Positions 11,789-22,100 of a stretch of 32,000 nucleotides of DNA are shown one piece after another. The stretch comes from Mycoplasmoides genitalium G37 (GTDB taxonomy: Bacteria > Bacillota_I > Bacilli_A > Mycoplasmatales > Mycoplasmoidaceae). The first letter of the stretch is position 1; each line of letters begins with the position of its first letter. The position numbers and the translations under genes were made by a program. The stretch spans positions 240,001-272,000 of the forward strand of contig NC_000908.2 of NCBI RefSeq assembly GCF_000027325.1, in the 5' to 3' direction. The notes beneath the pieces were generated by a model. The model was not told where the DNA came from and searched no databases. It saw nothing but the letters and a program-made list of their open reading frames with translations.

Positions 11789-12587
11789 ACTATTTAAAAC
11801 AAGTTTTAGATTCATAATAAGGTTTTTACAAATCCTGAGTTTACCAGTTGTTTTTCCTTACTTTTTATTAAGCTTTTTAGCTTGTTTAATTACTAGTAAA
11901 AACTATGAATCACTCCCTTATAACTATCCCCCTGAAATCCGATTCAAAAAGGTGTATAGATTGGTATCAATGTGACTTTACATTAAGGGAATTAAAGTAG
12001 TGACAGTAAATGACAAGATTATCCCTAAAAAACCAGTTTTAGTGGTAGCTAACCACAAATCTAACCTTGATCCTTTAGTATTAATTAAGGCCTTTGGCAG
12101 GTTGAAAAATAGTCCACCATTAACCTTTGTTGCTAAGATTGAACTGAAAGATACAGTCCTTTTTAAACTGATGAAATTAATTGATTGTGTTTTTATTGAT
12201 CGAAAAAACATCAGACAAATTGCCAATGCATTGGAAACCCAACAACAACTAATTCGCCAGGGCACTGCTATTGCTGTTTTTGCTGAAGGGACTAGGATTT
12301 TAAGTAATGACATTGGGGAATTTAAACCAGGAGCACTAAAGGTTGCTTACAATGCTTTTGTACCTATCTTACCAGTTAGTATTGTGGGTAGCTTAGGAAA
12401 GATGGAATCAAACAAAAGGCTAAAAGAACATGGTGTTAAGAAAAGTTCAAACTATGAGGTTAAAGTAATCTTTAACAAGCTAATTAACCCAATTAGTTTT
12501 AACCAGATTGATTCTAATAACCTTGCTAATAACATTAGAAGCATTATTAGTGATGCATACACTAGTGAAAAACCAAGCAATGATTAG
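11781..12587 (+). CDS. plsC: 1-acyl-sn-glycerol-3-phosphate acyltransferase
   Basis: 268 aa through TGA; [13 protein letters not shown] (HX4D-like), [27 protein letters not shown]. Confidence 0.94.
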
Positions 12588-13995
12588 TTTAATTTTTGAT
12601 AAAAGCAACAGTTTTAACCCCCAACTTTGTGTTGAACTTCTCAACCACTTTAAAGTGGTTATGCTAACTAAAACCATCGTTGTTGACTATCCCAGCTTTC
12701 AAGCATGAAAAGCACAACTCAAACCGTTTAAATTAGCAGTTTTTAGTGATAATTTGCAAACCGAATTAACCCCAAATTCAAAACTCACAGTTTTTAACAA
12801 CTACCAGCAACTTTTAGTTGATAATAATGACCTAATTATCTTTGCAACCCCCACTTTAGTTCAGCTTTTTGATAATGAGATTGACCAGTTAATAGTTATC
12901 AATCCCACTAGTAAATCTAAAGATCAGTTTAACTGTAATTGAAACGACTTTGTTTTAATTAAACAAACTAATTTCAAGAACCATCAAGTTGGTTATTTTG
13001 ATAAAAAAAGTAGTTATGAACCACCTTTCACTGTTGTTACAGACCACTTCTTTGGGAACCTAACTGATTTATTTAGTCTTTTAGTTGATAAAAAGGTAAG
13101 TGTAAATGATGTGGATATTGGCTTGATTTCCTTACAATATCTCAATATCATTGCAAATTACACCAATAAAAAAGCCATTGAAAAGATCACTGATTATCTG
13201 GTGATTACAAGCAAAATTCTCGCTAAAAAAGCAGATAATCTGCTCAATGATCATCAGGAAGAGAGTGTGTTGGAATATGATTTAGCTACTAATAACTTTC
13301 GTGATAAGATGATCGCTAACTTAGTGGAACACAAACGCTATTGTGATTCACTGGGTGAATTTGAAAAACTCAGGGTTAACCGCTTAGCTTACTTTTCCAA
13401 AGCTAATGAGATGGAGCAATTTATCAAAACAGCTAATGATCAACTTGTTACAGTTGAAGATCAACTCCCTAACTATATTAGTGTCTTAAAACTCTTTCAT
13501 GCTATGAACAAGTTACTGGAGATGAGACTCAGCTCTCTTCTAACAAATAAAAACATCACCATTAAAGAGTTATCAGTTGAACAGGTTCAAAAGGAGTTGG
13601 TTTTAGCAATCAAACAGTTTAACTACCAAACAGTTTCTTTAAAGCGGGTGTTATTAAAACTTAACCATCCTATCTCTTTAATGTATTTTGTTACTGCTTT
13701 TGTGGCACTTTTAGTGCTATTAAACAACCAGGTAATAGGTTTGGAACAAAAAGATTATCACAGTGAACTTTACATCTTTTTACTAGATGAAAACCAACTG
13801 AAAACCTTCCAAGAATCACCAGATGAAATGGTAAAAAGAATCCAAGCTCAACAACAGCAAAACGAACTGATAATTGCTAAAAACAAGCAACTAAGAGCTA
13901 TCAAAAACAAACAAAAGCGAGCTGATTATCTAAAAAAGAAATATGGTGAAAATTACTTAGATAAAACTAACTTAAAAGATGAAAACAACAATTAA
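12580..13995 (+). CDS. scpA: Segregation and condensation protein A
   Basis: 471 aa reconstructed across TGA codons from four track ORFs; kleisin-type N-terminus, ...[44 protein letters not shown]; followed by scpB. Confidence 0.88.
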
Positions 13996-14602
13996 TATTG
14001 CCACCCCTACCCTAAAAAAACCTAGCAAAGAAGCTAACTTGGTTGCTAGTATCTATGGGTTGTTATTTGTTTGTGGCGCGAAAGGGATCACTTTAAGAGA
14101 ACTAATTAGGATCTTTAAAAAAGCAGGGATTGAAAAGGTGAAATTAGCACTCTTAGCACTTGAAAGGAAGTTAGCAGATGATGAGCAATCAGGAGTGGAG
14201 TTGAAAAAATTTGGTAATAGTTTTTCTTTGGTAACAAAACCAATTATCAAAGACTATCTCCACTTATTATTGGCTCATAAAGTCAAAAATCCCCTTAATT
14301 CCAAAGCAATGGAAGTGTTGGCTATCATTGCTTACAACCAACCTTGCACCAGACCCAGAATTAATGAAATTAGGGGAGTTGATTCTTTTCAAATTGTTGA
14401 TGATCTAATAGCAAAAGAGTTAATTGTGGAGTTAGGGAGAACTGATAAACCAGGTCGACCTTTTATTTATGAAGTGTCAGCTAAGTTCTATGATTTATTT
14501 GGCATTGATAGCTTAGATCAACTCCCTAAGATTGAGCATTTTGATCTTGATAAATTTAAGCAAGGTAGCTTTTTTGATTCCAACCGCTATGGTGATGAAT
14601 AA
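13979..14602 (+). CDS. scpB: Segregation and condensation protein B
   Basis: 207 aa; ...[23 protein letters not shown]..., [39 protein letters not shown]. Confidence 0.93.
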
Positions 14603-14607
14603 CCTTA

Positions 14608-14613
14608 TATAAT
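14608..14613 (+). promoter_or_regulatory. Consensus -10 box TATAAT upstream of pfkA
   Basis: Exact TATAAT 7 nt upstream of the pfkA ATG (14621). Confidence 0.65.
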
Positions 14614-14620
14614 TTACAAC

Positions 14621-15592
14621 ATGGATAAAATAGCTATTTTAACTTCGGGTGGTGATGCTAGTGGGATGAATGCCACCATCGCTTATCTAACCAAATATGC
14701 AATTGCAAAGCAATTGGAAGTTTTTTATGTAAAAAACGGTTATTATGGCTTGTATCACAACCATTTTATCACCAGTAAGGAACTTGATTTAACTGACTTT
14801 TTCTTTATGGGGGGAACAGTAATAGGATCAAGTCGTTTCAAACAGTTTCAAGATCCTAGCTTACGAAAACAAGCAGTTTTAAACCTCAAAAAACGTGGTA
14901 TTAACAACCTTGTTGTTATTGGTGGGGATGGGAGTTATATGGGTGCTAAAGCACTCAGTGAATTAGGATTAAACTGCTTTTGTTTACCTGGTACGATCGA
15001 CAATGATGTCAATTCCAGTGAATTTACCATTGGTTTTTGAACTGCTTTAGAAGCAATTCGGGTTAATGTTGAAGCAATTTATCACACCACCAAATCCCAT
15101 AACCGCTTAGCAATCATAGAAGTGATGGGGCGTGATTGTAGTGATCTGACCATCTTTGGGGGGTTAGCTACTAATGCTAGTTTTGTTGTTACTAGCAAAA
15201 ATAGCTTGGATCTCAATGGCTTTGAAAAAGCAGTGAGAAAGGTGTTGCAATTCCAGAACTATTGTGTTGTTTTGGTTAGTGAAAACATCTATGGTAAGAA
15301 CGGTTTACCTAGTTTAGAAATGGTTAAAGAGCACTTTGAAAACAACGCAATTAAGTGTAACCTAGTTTCACTAGGACACACCCAAAGGGGCTTTAGTCCT
15401 AATAGTATCGAACTCTTTCAGATTAGTTTAATGGCTAAACACACGATTGATCTGGTTGTAAATAATGCCAACAGTCAAGTAATAGGGATGAAAAACAACC
15501 AAGCAGTTAACTATGATTTTAACACTGCTTTTAATTTACCAAAAGCTGATAGAACCAAGTTACTTAACCAAGTTAACACTGCAATTATTTAA
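14621..15592 (+). CDS. pfkA: 6-phosphofructokinase
   Basis: 323 aa through one TGA; KIAILTSGGDASGMNATI, LVVIGGDGSYMGA, LPGTIDNDV, VEVMGRDCSDL. Confidence 0.96.
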
Positions 15593-15594
15593 CG

Positions 15595-17121
15595 ATGATT
15601 GACCATTTAAAAAGAACAAAGATAATCGCTACCTGTGGCCCAGCTTTAACAAAAAGCTTGGTTAGCTTAAAGATGCTTGATGATAATGAGTATGCAGCTA
15701 TTAAAAAGGTTGCTTATGCCAACATTGAAGCAATTATTAAAAGTGGGGTTAGTGTGATTAGGCTTAACTTCTCTCATGGTACCCATGAAGAACAACAAGT
15801 GAGGATCAAGATAGTAAGGGATGTAGCGAAAGCAATGAACATCCCTGTTTCTATTATGTTAGATACAAATGGTCCTGAGATCAGGATAGTAGAAACTAAA
15901 AAAGAGGGTTTGAAAATCACCAAAGATAGTGAAGTGATTATCAACACCATGAGTAAAATGATCGCTAGTGACAACCAGTTTGCTGTCAGTGATGCTAGTG
16001 GCAAATACAACATGGTTAATGATGTGAATATAGGTCAGAAAATCCTTGTTGATGATGGTAAGTTAACCCTGGTTGTCACAAGGGTTGACAAACAACATAA
16101 CCAGGTTATCTGTGTTGCAAAAAACGACCACACAGTTTTCACTAAAAAAAGACTTAACCTACCCAACGCACAGTACTCTATCCCTTTTCTCAGTGAAAAG
16201 GATCTGAAGGATATTGACTTTGGTTTAAGCCAAGGTATTGACTATATTGCTGCCTCTTTTGTTAATACTGTTGCAGATATTAAACAACTGAGAGATTATC
16301 TGAAATTAAAGAATGCTAGTGGGGTGAAGATCATCGCTAAGATTGAATCTAATCATGCTTTAAATAACATTGATAAGATCATTAAAGCTAGCGATGGGAT
16401 TATGGTTGCTAGGGGTGATTTGGGCCTTGAAATCCCTTATTACCAAGTCCCTTACTGACAAAGGTACATGATTAAAGCTTGTCGCTTTTTTAACAAGCGT
16501 TCTATTACTGCAACCCAAATGCTTGATTCACTAGAAAAAAACATCCAACCAACCCGAGCTGAAGTGACTGATGTTTACTTTGCAGTTGATCGGGGTAATG
16601 ATGCAACTATGTTAAGTGGGGAAACTGCTAGTGGGCTTTACCCTTTAAATGCAGTAGCGGTGATGCAAAAGATTGATAAACAATCAGAAACCTTCTTTGA
16701 TTACCAGTATAACGTTAACTATTATTTGAAAAACTCCACGGCAAATAAAAGTAGGTTTTGACACAACGTTGTTTTACCTTTAACAAAAAAGACTGTTCCT
16801 AAAAGAAAACTTGTTAACAGTGCCTTTAAGTATGACTTTATTGTCTATCCTACTAATAACATTAACAGGATCTATGCATTATCAAACGCACGCTTAGCAG
16901 CAGCAGTTATTATTTTAACCAACAACAAACGGGTTTACACTGGCCATGGTGTTGATTATGGGATCTTCTGTTATTTAATTGATAAAAACCCCAACCAGCT
17001 AACCAAAGCTGAACTGATTGAACTTGCTTGAAAAGCAATTAACCACTATCAGGCTTATGGTGATTTAGAAAAACTCAAACAGTGTTTAGCTGTCTATAAT
17101 GAAACAATTATCAATCTTTAG
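15595..17121 (+). CDS. pyk: Pyruvate kinase
   Basis: 508 aa across TGA codons; KIIATCGPA, RLNFSHGTHEE, DTNGPEIR, GIMVARGDLGLEIPYYQVPYWQ, ATQMLDSL, DATMLSGETASG. Confidence 0.97.
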
Positions 17122-17157
17122 ATAAAAATTGGTGAGAGTTTGTAAAATATTGTACAC

Positions 17158-17234
17158 GGTGCCTTAGCCAAGTGGACTCAAGGCCTGGAGCTGCAACCTC
17201 CATATCGTCAGTTCGAATCTGACAGGCACCTCCA
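17158..17234 (+). tRNA. tRNA-Cys(GCA)
   Basis: GGTGCCT acceptor, TGGAG-CTGCAAC-CTCCA anticodon arm, GTCAG-TTCGAAT-CTGAC T-arm, AGGCACC-TCCA. Confidence 0.95.
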
Positions 17235-17268
17235 TGTACATGAAAGTTAACTACTCTCCATGTGCAAA

Positions 17269-17345
17269 CGGGAAGTAGCTTAGTTTGGTAGAGCACTTGG
17301 TTTGGGACCAAGGGGTCGCAGGTTCAAATCCTGTCTTCCCGACCA
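17269..17345 (+). tRNA. tRNA-Pro(TGG)
   Basis: CGGGAAG...CTTGG-TTTGGGA-CCAAG...GCAGG-TTCAAAT-CCTGT-CTTCCCG-ACCA. Confidence 0.95.
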
Positions 17346-17348
17346 AAA

Positions 17349-17425
17349 GGCTGGATACCTCAGTTGGTTAGAGGGCCCGGTTCATACCCGGGTTGTCGTG
17401 AGTTCGAGTCTCACTCCAGCCACCA
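17349..17425 (+). tRNA. tRNA with CAT anticodon, probably elongator tRNA-Met
   Basis: GGCTGGA...CCCGG-TTCATAC-CCGGG...GTGAG-TTCGAGT-CTCAC-TCCAGCC-ACCA; the TTCATAC loop is typical of elongator Met. Confidence 0.85.
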
Positions 17426-17444
17426 AAGTTACTTAAATATTAAA

Positions 17445-17521
17445 GGATCTATAGCTCAATTGGTTAGAGCCCCCGACTCATAATCGGTCTGTTACAGGTT
17501 CAAGTCCTGTTAGATCCACCA
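17445..17521 (+). tRNA. tRNA with CAT anticodon, probably tRNA-Ile2 (lysidine-modified k2CAU)
   Basis: GGATCTA...CCCGA-CTCATAA-TCGGT...ACAGG-TTCAAGT-CCTGT-TAGATCC-ACCA; the CTCATAA loop resembles Ile2; one of three CAT tRNAs in this cluster. Confidence 0.75.
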
Positions 17522-17558
17522 CTTTGCTGTGTTAGAATCATATTTGCCGCAATTTTGT

Positions 17559-17650
17559 GGAGACTTACCCAAGCGGCTGAAGGGTTCGGTCTTGAAAACC
17601 GAGAGGTGCTTTATAAGCACGCGAGGGTTCGAATCCCTCAGTCTCCGCCA
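17559..17650 (+). tRNA. tRNA-Ser(TGA)
   Basis: GGAGACT...TCGGT-CTTGAAA-ACCGA, long variable arm GAGGTGCTTTATAAGCAC, GAGGG-TTCGAAT-CCCTC-AGTCTCC-GCCA. Confidence 0.95.
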
Positions 17651-17663
17651 AATAATATTTAAT

Positions 17664-17740
17664 CGCGGGATAGAGCAGTTGGTCAGCTCGTCAGGCTCAT
17701 AATCTGAAGGTCGAGGGTTCAAATCCCTCTCCCGCAACCA
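17664..17740 (+). tRNA. Initiator tRNA-fMet(CAT)
   Basis: CGCGGGA with C1:A72 mismatch, TCAGG-CTCATAA-TCTGA anticodon arm, GAGGG-TTCAAAT-CCCTC-TCCCGCA-ACCA. Confidence 0.93.
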
Positions 17741-17741
17741 T

Positions 17742-17815
17742 GGTTCCATGGTGTAGTGATAACATATCTCCCTGTCACGGAGGGGTTGCGGGTTTGATTC
17801 CCGTTGGAACCGCCA
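17742..17815 (+). tRNA. tRNA-Asp(GTC)
   Basis: GGTTCCA...TCTCC-CTGTCAC-GGAGG...GCGGG-TTTGATT-CCCGT-TGGAACC-GCCA. Confidence 0.94.
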
Positions 17816-17817
17816 TT

Positions 17818-17893
17818 GGTCTTGTAGCTCAGTCGGTAGAGCAACGGTCTGAAGAACCGTGTGTCGGCAGTTCGATTCTGCCCGAGACCACCA
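17818..17893 (+). tRNA. tRNA-Phe(GAA)
   Basis: GGTCTTG...ACGGT-CTGAAGA-ACCGT...GGCAG-TTCGATT-CTGCC-CGAGACC-ACCA. Confidence 0.95.
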
Positions 17894-17905
17894 TTAAAAG
17901 TTTTT

Positions 17906-17932
17906 AAAAAAGCCCTAAAAAGGGGCTTTTTT
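17906..17932 (+). terminator. Intrinsic terminator of the tRNA cluster
   Basis: AAAAAAGCCC-TAAAAAG-GGGCTTTTTT hairpin plus U-tract directly after tRNA-Phe. Confidence 0.85.
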
Positions 17933-18040
17933 AGTGTTACCACCAATTAAAATATTTTTATAGCAAGCAGTTGCATATTTTTAATATAAGTTAGAATTAT
18001 TGGTATAGTGTCTTCAGCTGTTTAATTCATATTAAAGCGC

Positions 18041-19159
18041 ATGGAAAAAAATAGATCAGCTTTTCAACAAAACCAACAAGCATCAAACCAACCTTTTAAC
18101 CAAGATCAAAACCAGTATTACCAAGATCCTAACCAACAACAATTTAACCAATCTGGTTTTGATCCAAATCAACAGCAATTTAATCAACCAGGATTTGATC
18201 CTAACCAACAATATTATCAAGATCCCAATCAACAACAATTTAATCAAGCTGGTTTTGATCAAAACCAACAGTATTACCAAGATCCCAATCAACAGCAATT
18301 TAATCAACCAGGATTTGATCCTAACCAACAATATTATCAAGATCCCAATCAACAACAATTTAATCAAGCTGGTTTTGATCAAAACCAGTATTACCAAGAT
18401 CCTAACCAACAACAATTTAACCAATCTGGTTTTGATCAAAACCAGTACTATCAAGATCCTAATCAGCAACAATTTAACCAGCCTAGTTTTGATCTAAATA
18501 ACCAACAATTTAACCAACCTGGATTCAACCAATCCCCAGCATTTGAAATCACACCTCAAGAGCAAAAAGCTGAACAGGAAATGTTTGGTGAAGAACCACC
18601 TCAAGTAGTTAGAGAGATCCATGAACTACCATTTGAAAAGATCCGTTCTTTTTTACAAAGTGATTTTGATAGCTATAACTTTCGCTTAAACTCACTTAAA
18701 AGCAAACTGGATAATGCCTTGTATTCACTTGATAAAACAATCCAAAACACCAATGAAAACACTGCTAATCTAGAAGCAATTAGACATAACTTAGAACAAA
18801 AGATTCAAAACCAAAGCAAGCAATTAAGAACTAACTTTGATACCCAAAAGCTTGATGATAAGATCAATGAATTGGAGATCAGAATGCAAAAACTAACCAG
18901 GAATTTTGAATCTCTAAGTGAACTTTCAAAGCACAACTCTTATCCTAATTACTATGAAAAATTGTTACCAAATGGTGGTGATAGTATGACCAATGTCTTT
19001 GAAAAAGCACTAATGATGAATTTATTGAGAACTACATTACCCCCTCAACCCCAAGTTCAATACTACCCTCAACCCTATCCATACATAAGACCTTACTATG
19101 ATGAACCTATTTACGCTGGGTTTAGAAGAAGGGGTTACCGTGATGACTTCTATGAATAA
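18041..19159 (+). CDS. P65-like terminal-organelle/cytoadherence accessory protein
   Basis: 372 aa; N-terminal tandem DPNQQQFNQ(P/S/A)GFDxNQ(Q)YYQ repeats, P/Q/Y-rich, coiled coil, then ...YYPQPYPYIRPYYDEPIYAGF; immediately upstream of hmw2. Confidence 0.87.
   Translation: MEKNRSAFQQNQQASNQPFNQDQNQYYQDPNQQQFNQSGFDPNQQQFNQPGFDPNQQYYQDPNQQQFNQAGFDQNQQYYQDPNQQQFNQPGFDPNQQYYQDPNQQQFNQAGFDQNQYYQDPNQQQFNQSGFDQNQYYQDPNQQQFNQPSFDLNNQQFNQPGFNQSPAFEITPQEQKAEQEMFGEEPPQVVREIHELPFEKIRSFLQSDFDSYNFRLNSLKSKLDNALYSLDKTIQNTNENTANLEAIRHNLEQKIQNQSKQLRTNFDTQKLDDKINELEIRMQKLTRNFESLSELSKHNSYPNYYEKLLPNGGDSMTNVFEKALMMNLLRTTLPPQPQVQYYPQPYPYIRPYYDEPIYAGFRRRGYRDDFYE
18104..18526 (+). repeat. In-frame tandem repeats in the P65-like gene
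   Basis: About six 19-20-aa units (D(P/Q)NQ(Q)YYQDPNQQQFNQxGF) plus shorter 12-aa units (DPNQQQFNQPGF, DLNNQQFNQPGF). At DNA level, lines 18181 and 18301 are identical over 60 nt, indicating a 120-nt offset duplication. Confidence 0.95.
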
Positions 19160-19176
19160 AAAGCGTGTTTTAACTA

Positions 19177-22100
19177 ATGAAACCATTTGATAAAAAACCT
19201 TCGCTGCAACCAATTTATGACATTGGTTTTGATGATGGTTATCTCCAAAGTGAGTATGAAAAAAATCGTTCTAAAACCGATGTTGATAAGATCGAAAACC
19301 AGCTTTTAAAAGAGATTAAAAGCCTGGAAGATGAACTTAAAAACCTTAAGGGCTTGAAGAATCAAGCAGAAGATAATCCTGAACTTGATAAAAAGATTAA
19401 CCACTTGGAAGTTGATCTAAACCGTTTGGTTAATGAATATAAAAACTTCCAGTTCCAAAAGAACCACATGGTTGATAAGGTTAGTGAACTTGATAACTTA
19501 ACCCGTTTTTATAAGAATGAACTAACCCGCTTACAACAAGAAAACGCTGATTTTCTCAACTCCAAGTATGCTAATTTAGCTAACTTCCAAGCTAACTACC
19601 ACAATAAACTAAATGATTTTCACCGCTTAATAGAAAATCAAAACCAAACCATTAACCGCTTAAACCAAAAGATTAATGGTAACCAAAATCTGATTGATAA
19701 TAACGTTGCTTTACTGCAAAACCCCAACATCACAGTTGAAAAAAAGAACTACTTACTAAATGTTATTGATCAACTTTACAATGAGCTTGATCAACTTGAG
19801 AATCAAAAAAGATTATTAAGTATTGAGTATGAAAATACCTATAGAGAGTTAGTTAGTGCAGATAATGAACTGCAAAATGTTTATGAAAACATCGATCAAA
19901 ATCAGATCCAGTTTAAACACCAATACCAAACTTATAGAGATGAGTTAAGTCAACTTGAGCGCAAGATCCAGCTCACCAAACAAGAGTTAGTTGATAAAGA
20001 ATCAGCACTAAGAGTAAAGATAGATGATGCTGATTTTTACATTAATGCCCGTTTAGCTGAACTTGATGATGTAGCTAAACAACTTAGCTTTCAAGATGGT
20101 ATTACCAAGCAAAATGCTCAACATGTTGAGGATAAGTTAGTTGCTTTAAACAAAGAAAAAGACCGTTTAAATACCCAAAAAGAGGCCTTTTTTAACTTAA
20201 GACAATCTGCTTTAATTGATATCAATAAACTCCAGCAGGAAAATGAACTGTTTGCTAAGCACTTAGAACACCAGCAAAATGAGTTTGAACAAAAACAGTC
20301 TGATAGCCTCTTAAAGCTTGAAACTGAATATAAGGCTTTACAACACAAGATTAATGAATTTAAAAATGAAAGTGCCACTAAGAGCGAGGAACTTTTAAAC
20401 CAAGAACGGGAACTATTTGAAAAACGCAGGGAAATTGACACGCTTTTAACCCAAGCATCTTTGGAATATGAACACCAACGTGAGTCAAGTCAACTACTCA
20501 AAGATAAGCAGAATGAAGTAAAACAACACTTCCAAAACTTAGAGTATGCTAAAAAGGAGCTAGACAAAGAAAGAAACCTCTTAGATCAACAAAAAAAAGT
20601 TGATAGTGAAGCAATCTTTCAACTCAAAGAAAAGGTTGCTCAAGAACGTAAGGAGCTTGAAGAACTATACCTTGTTAAAAAACAAAAACAAGATCAGAAG
20701 GAAAATGAACTGTTGTTTTTTGAAAAGCAGTTAAAACAACACCAAGCAGATTTTGAAAATGAATTGGAAGCTAAACAACAGGAGTTGTTTGAAGCTAAAC
20801 ATGCATTGGAACGTTCCTTTATCAAACTTGAAGATAAAGAAAAAGATCTTAACACTAAAGCACAACAGATTGCCAATGAGTTTTCCCAACTAAAAACTGA
20901 TAAGTCAAAGAGTGCTGATTTTGAACTAATGTTGCAAAATGAGTATGAAAACTTGCAACAAGAAAAACAAAAGTTATTCCAAGAACGTACTTACTTTGAA
21001 AGGAATGCTGCGGTTTTATCAAACCGGTTACAACAAAAACGTGAGGAGTTATTACAACAAAAAGAAACGCTTGATCAGCTTACAAAAAGCTTTGAGCAAG
21101 AACGGTTAATCAACCAAAGGGAACACAAGGAGTTGGTTGCATCAGTTGAAAAACAAAAGGAGATATTGGGCAAAAAACTCCAAGATTTTTCCCAAACTTC
21201 ACTGAACGCTTCTAAAAATTTAGCTGAACGGGAGATGGCAATCAAGTTTAAAGAAAAGGAGATAGAAGCAACTGAAAAGCAACTGTTAAATGATGTTAAT
21301 AATGCTGAAGTTATCCAAGCAGACTTAGCACAACTCAACCAATCACTTAACCAAGAACGCAGTGAATTGCAAAACGCCAAACAAAGGATTGCTGATTTTC
21401 ACAATGATTCACTAAAAAAACTCAATGAGTATGAACTTAGCTTACAAAAACGGTTGCAAGAATTACAAACCCTTGAGGCTAACCAAAAACAACATTCATA
21501 TCAAAATCAAGCTTACTTTGAAGGTGAACTTGATAAACTTAACAGAGAAAAACAAGCTTTTTTGAACTTACGTAAGAAACAAACTATGGAGGTTGATGCT
21601 ATTAAACAAAGGTTGAGTGATAAACATCAAGCTTTAAATATGCAACAAGCAGAGCTAGATAGAAAAACCCATGAGTTAAATAATGCTTTTTTAAACCATG
21701 ATGCGGATCAAAAGAGTCTACAGGACCAACTAGCAACTGTTAAAGAGACCCAAAAACTAATTGATTTAGAACGTAGTGCACTGCTTGAAAAGCAACGTGA
21801 GTTTGCTGAAAATGTTGCTGGTTTTAAGCGCCATTGGTCTAATAAAACTAGTCAACTCCAAAAGATTTATGAACTGACCAAAAAACAGGAAAGTGAGCAA
21901 ACCCAAAAGGAAACAGAACTAAAGATTGCTTTTAGTGATCTACAAAAAGACTATCAGGTTTTTGAACTCCAAAAGGACCAAGAATTTAGACAAATTGAAG
22001 CTAAGCAACGTGAACTTGACAAGTTAGCTGAAAAAAATAATCAGGTCAAACTAGAACTTGATAACAGGTTTCAAGCGCTGCAAAACCAAAAGCAAGACAC

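Noticed and set aside
17231-17262. Near-direct repeat TCCATGTACATG / TCCATGTGCA between tRNA-Cys and tRNA-Pro
   Set aside because: Short and imperfect; no convincing stem, terminator or regulatory role supportable from sequence alone.
17111-17946. Minus-strand ORFs of 66-79 aa (GGLGQNRTADTRFFRPLLYRLSYKT..., RERDLNPRPSDYEPDEL...)
   Set aside because: These are translations of the antisense of the tRNA cluster, a classic spurious annotation pattern.
18104-18526. Considered as CRISPR-like or mobile repeat array
   Set aside because: Repeats are contiguous, in-frame multiples of 3 nt and coding, without unique spacers.
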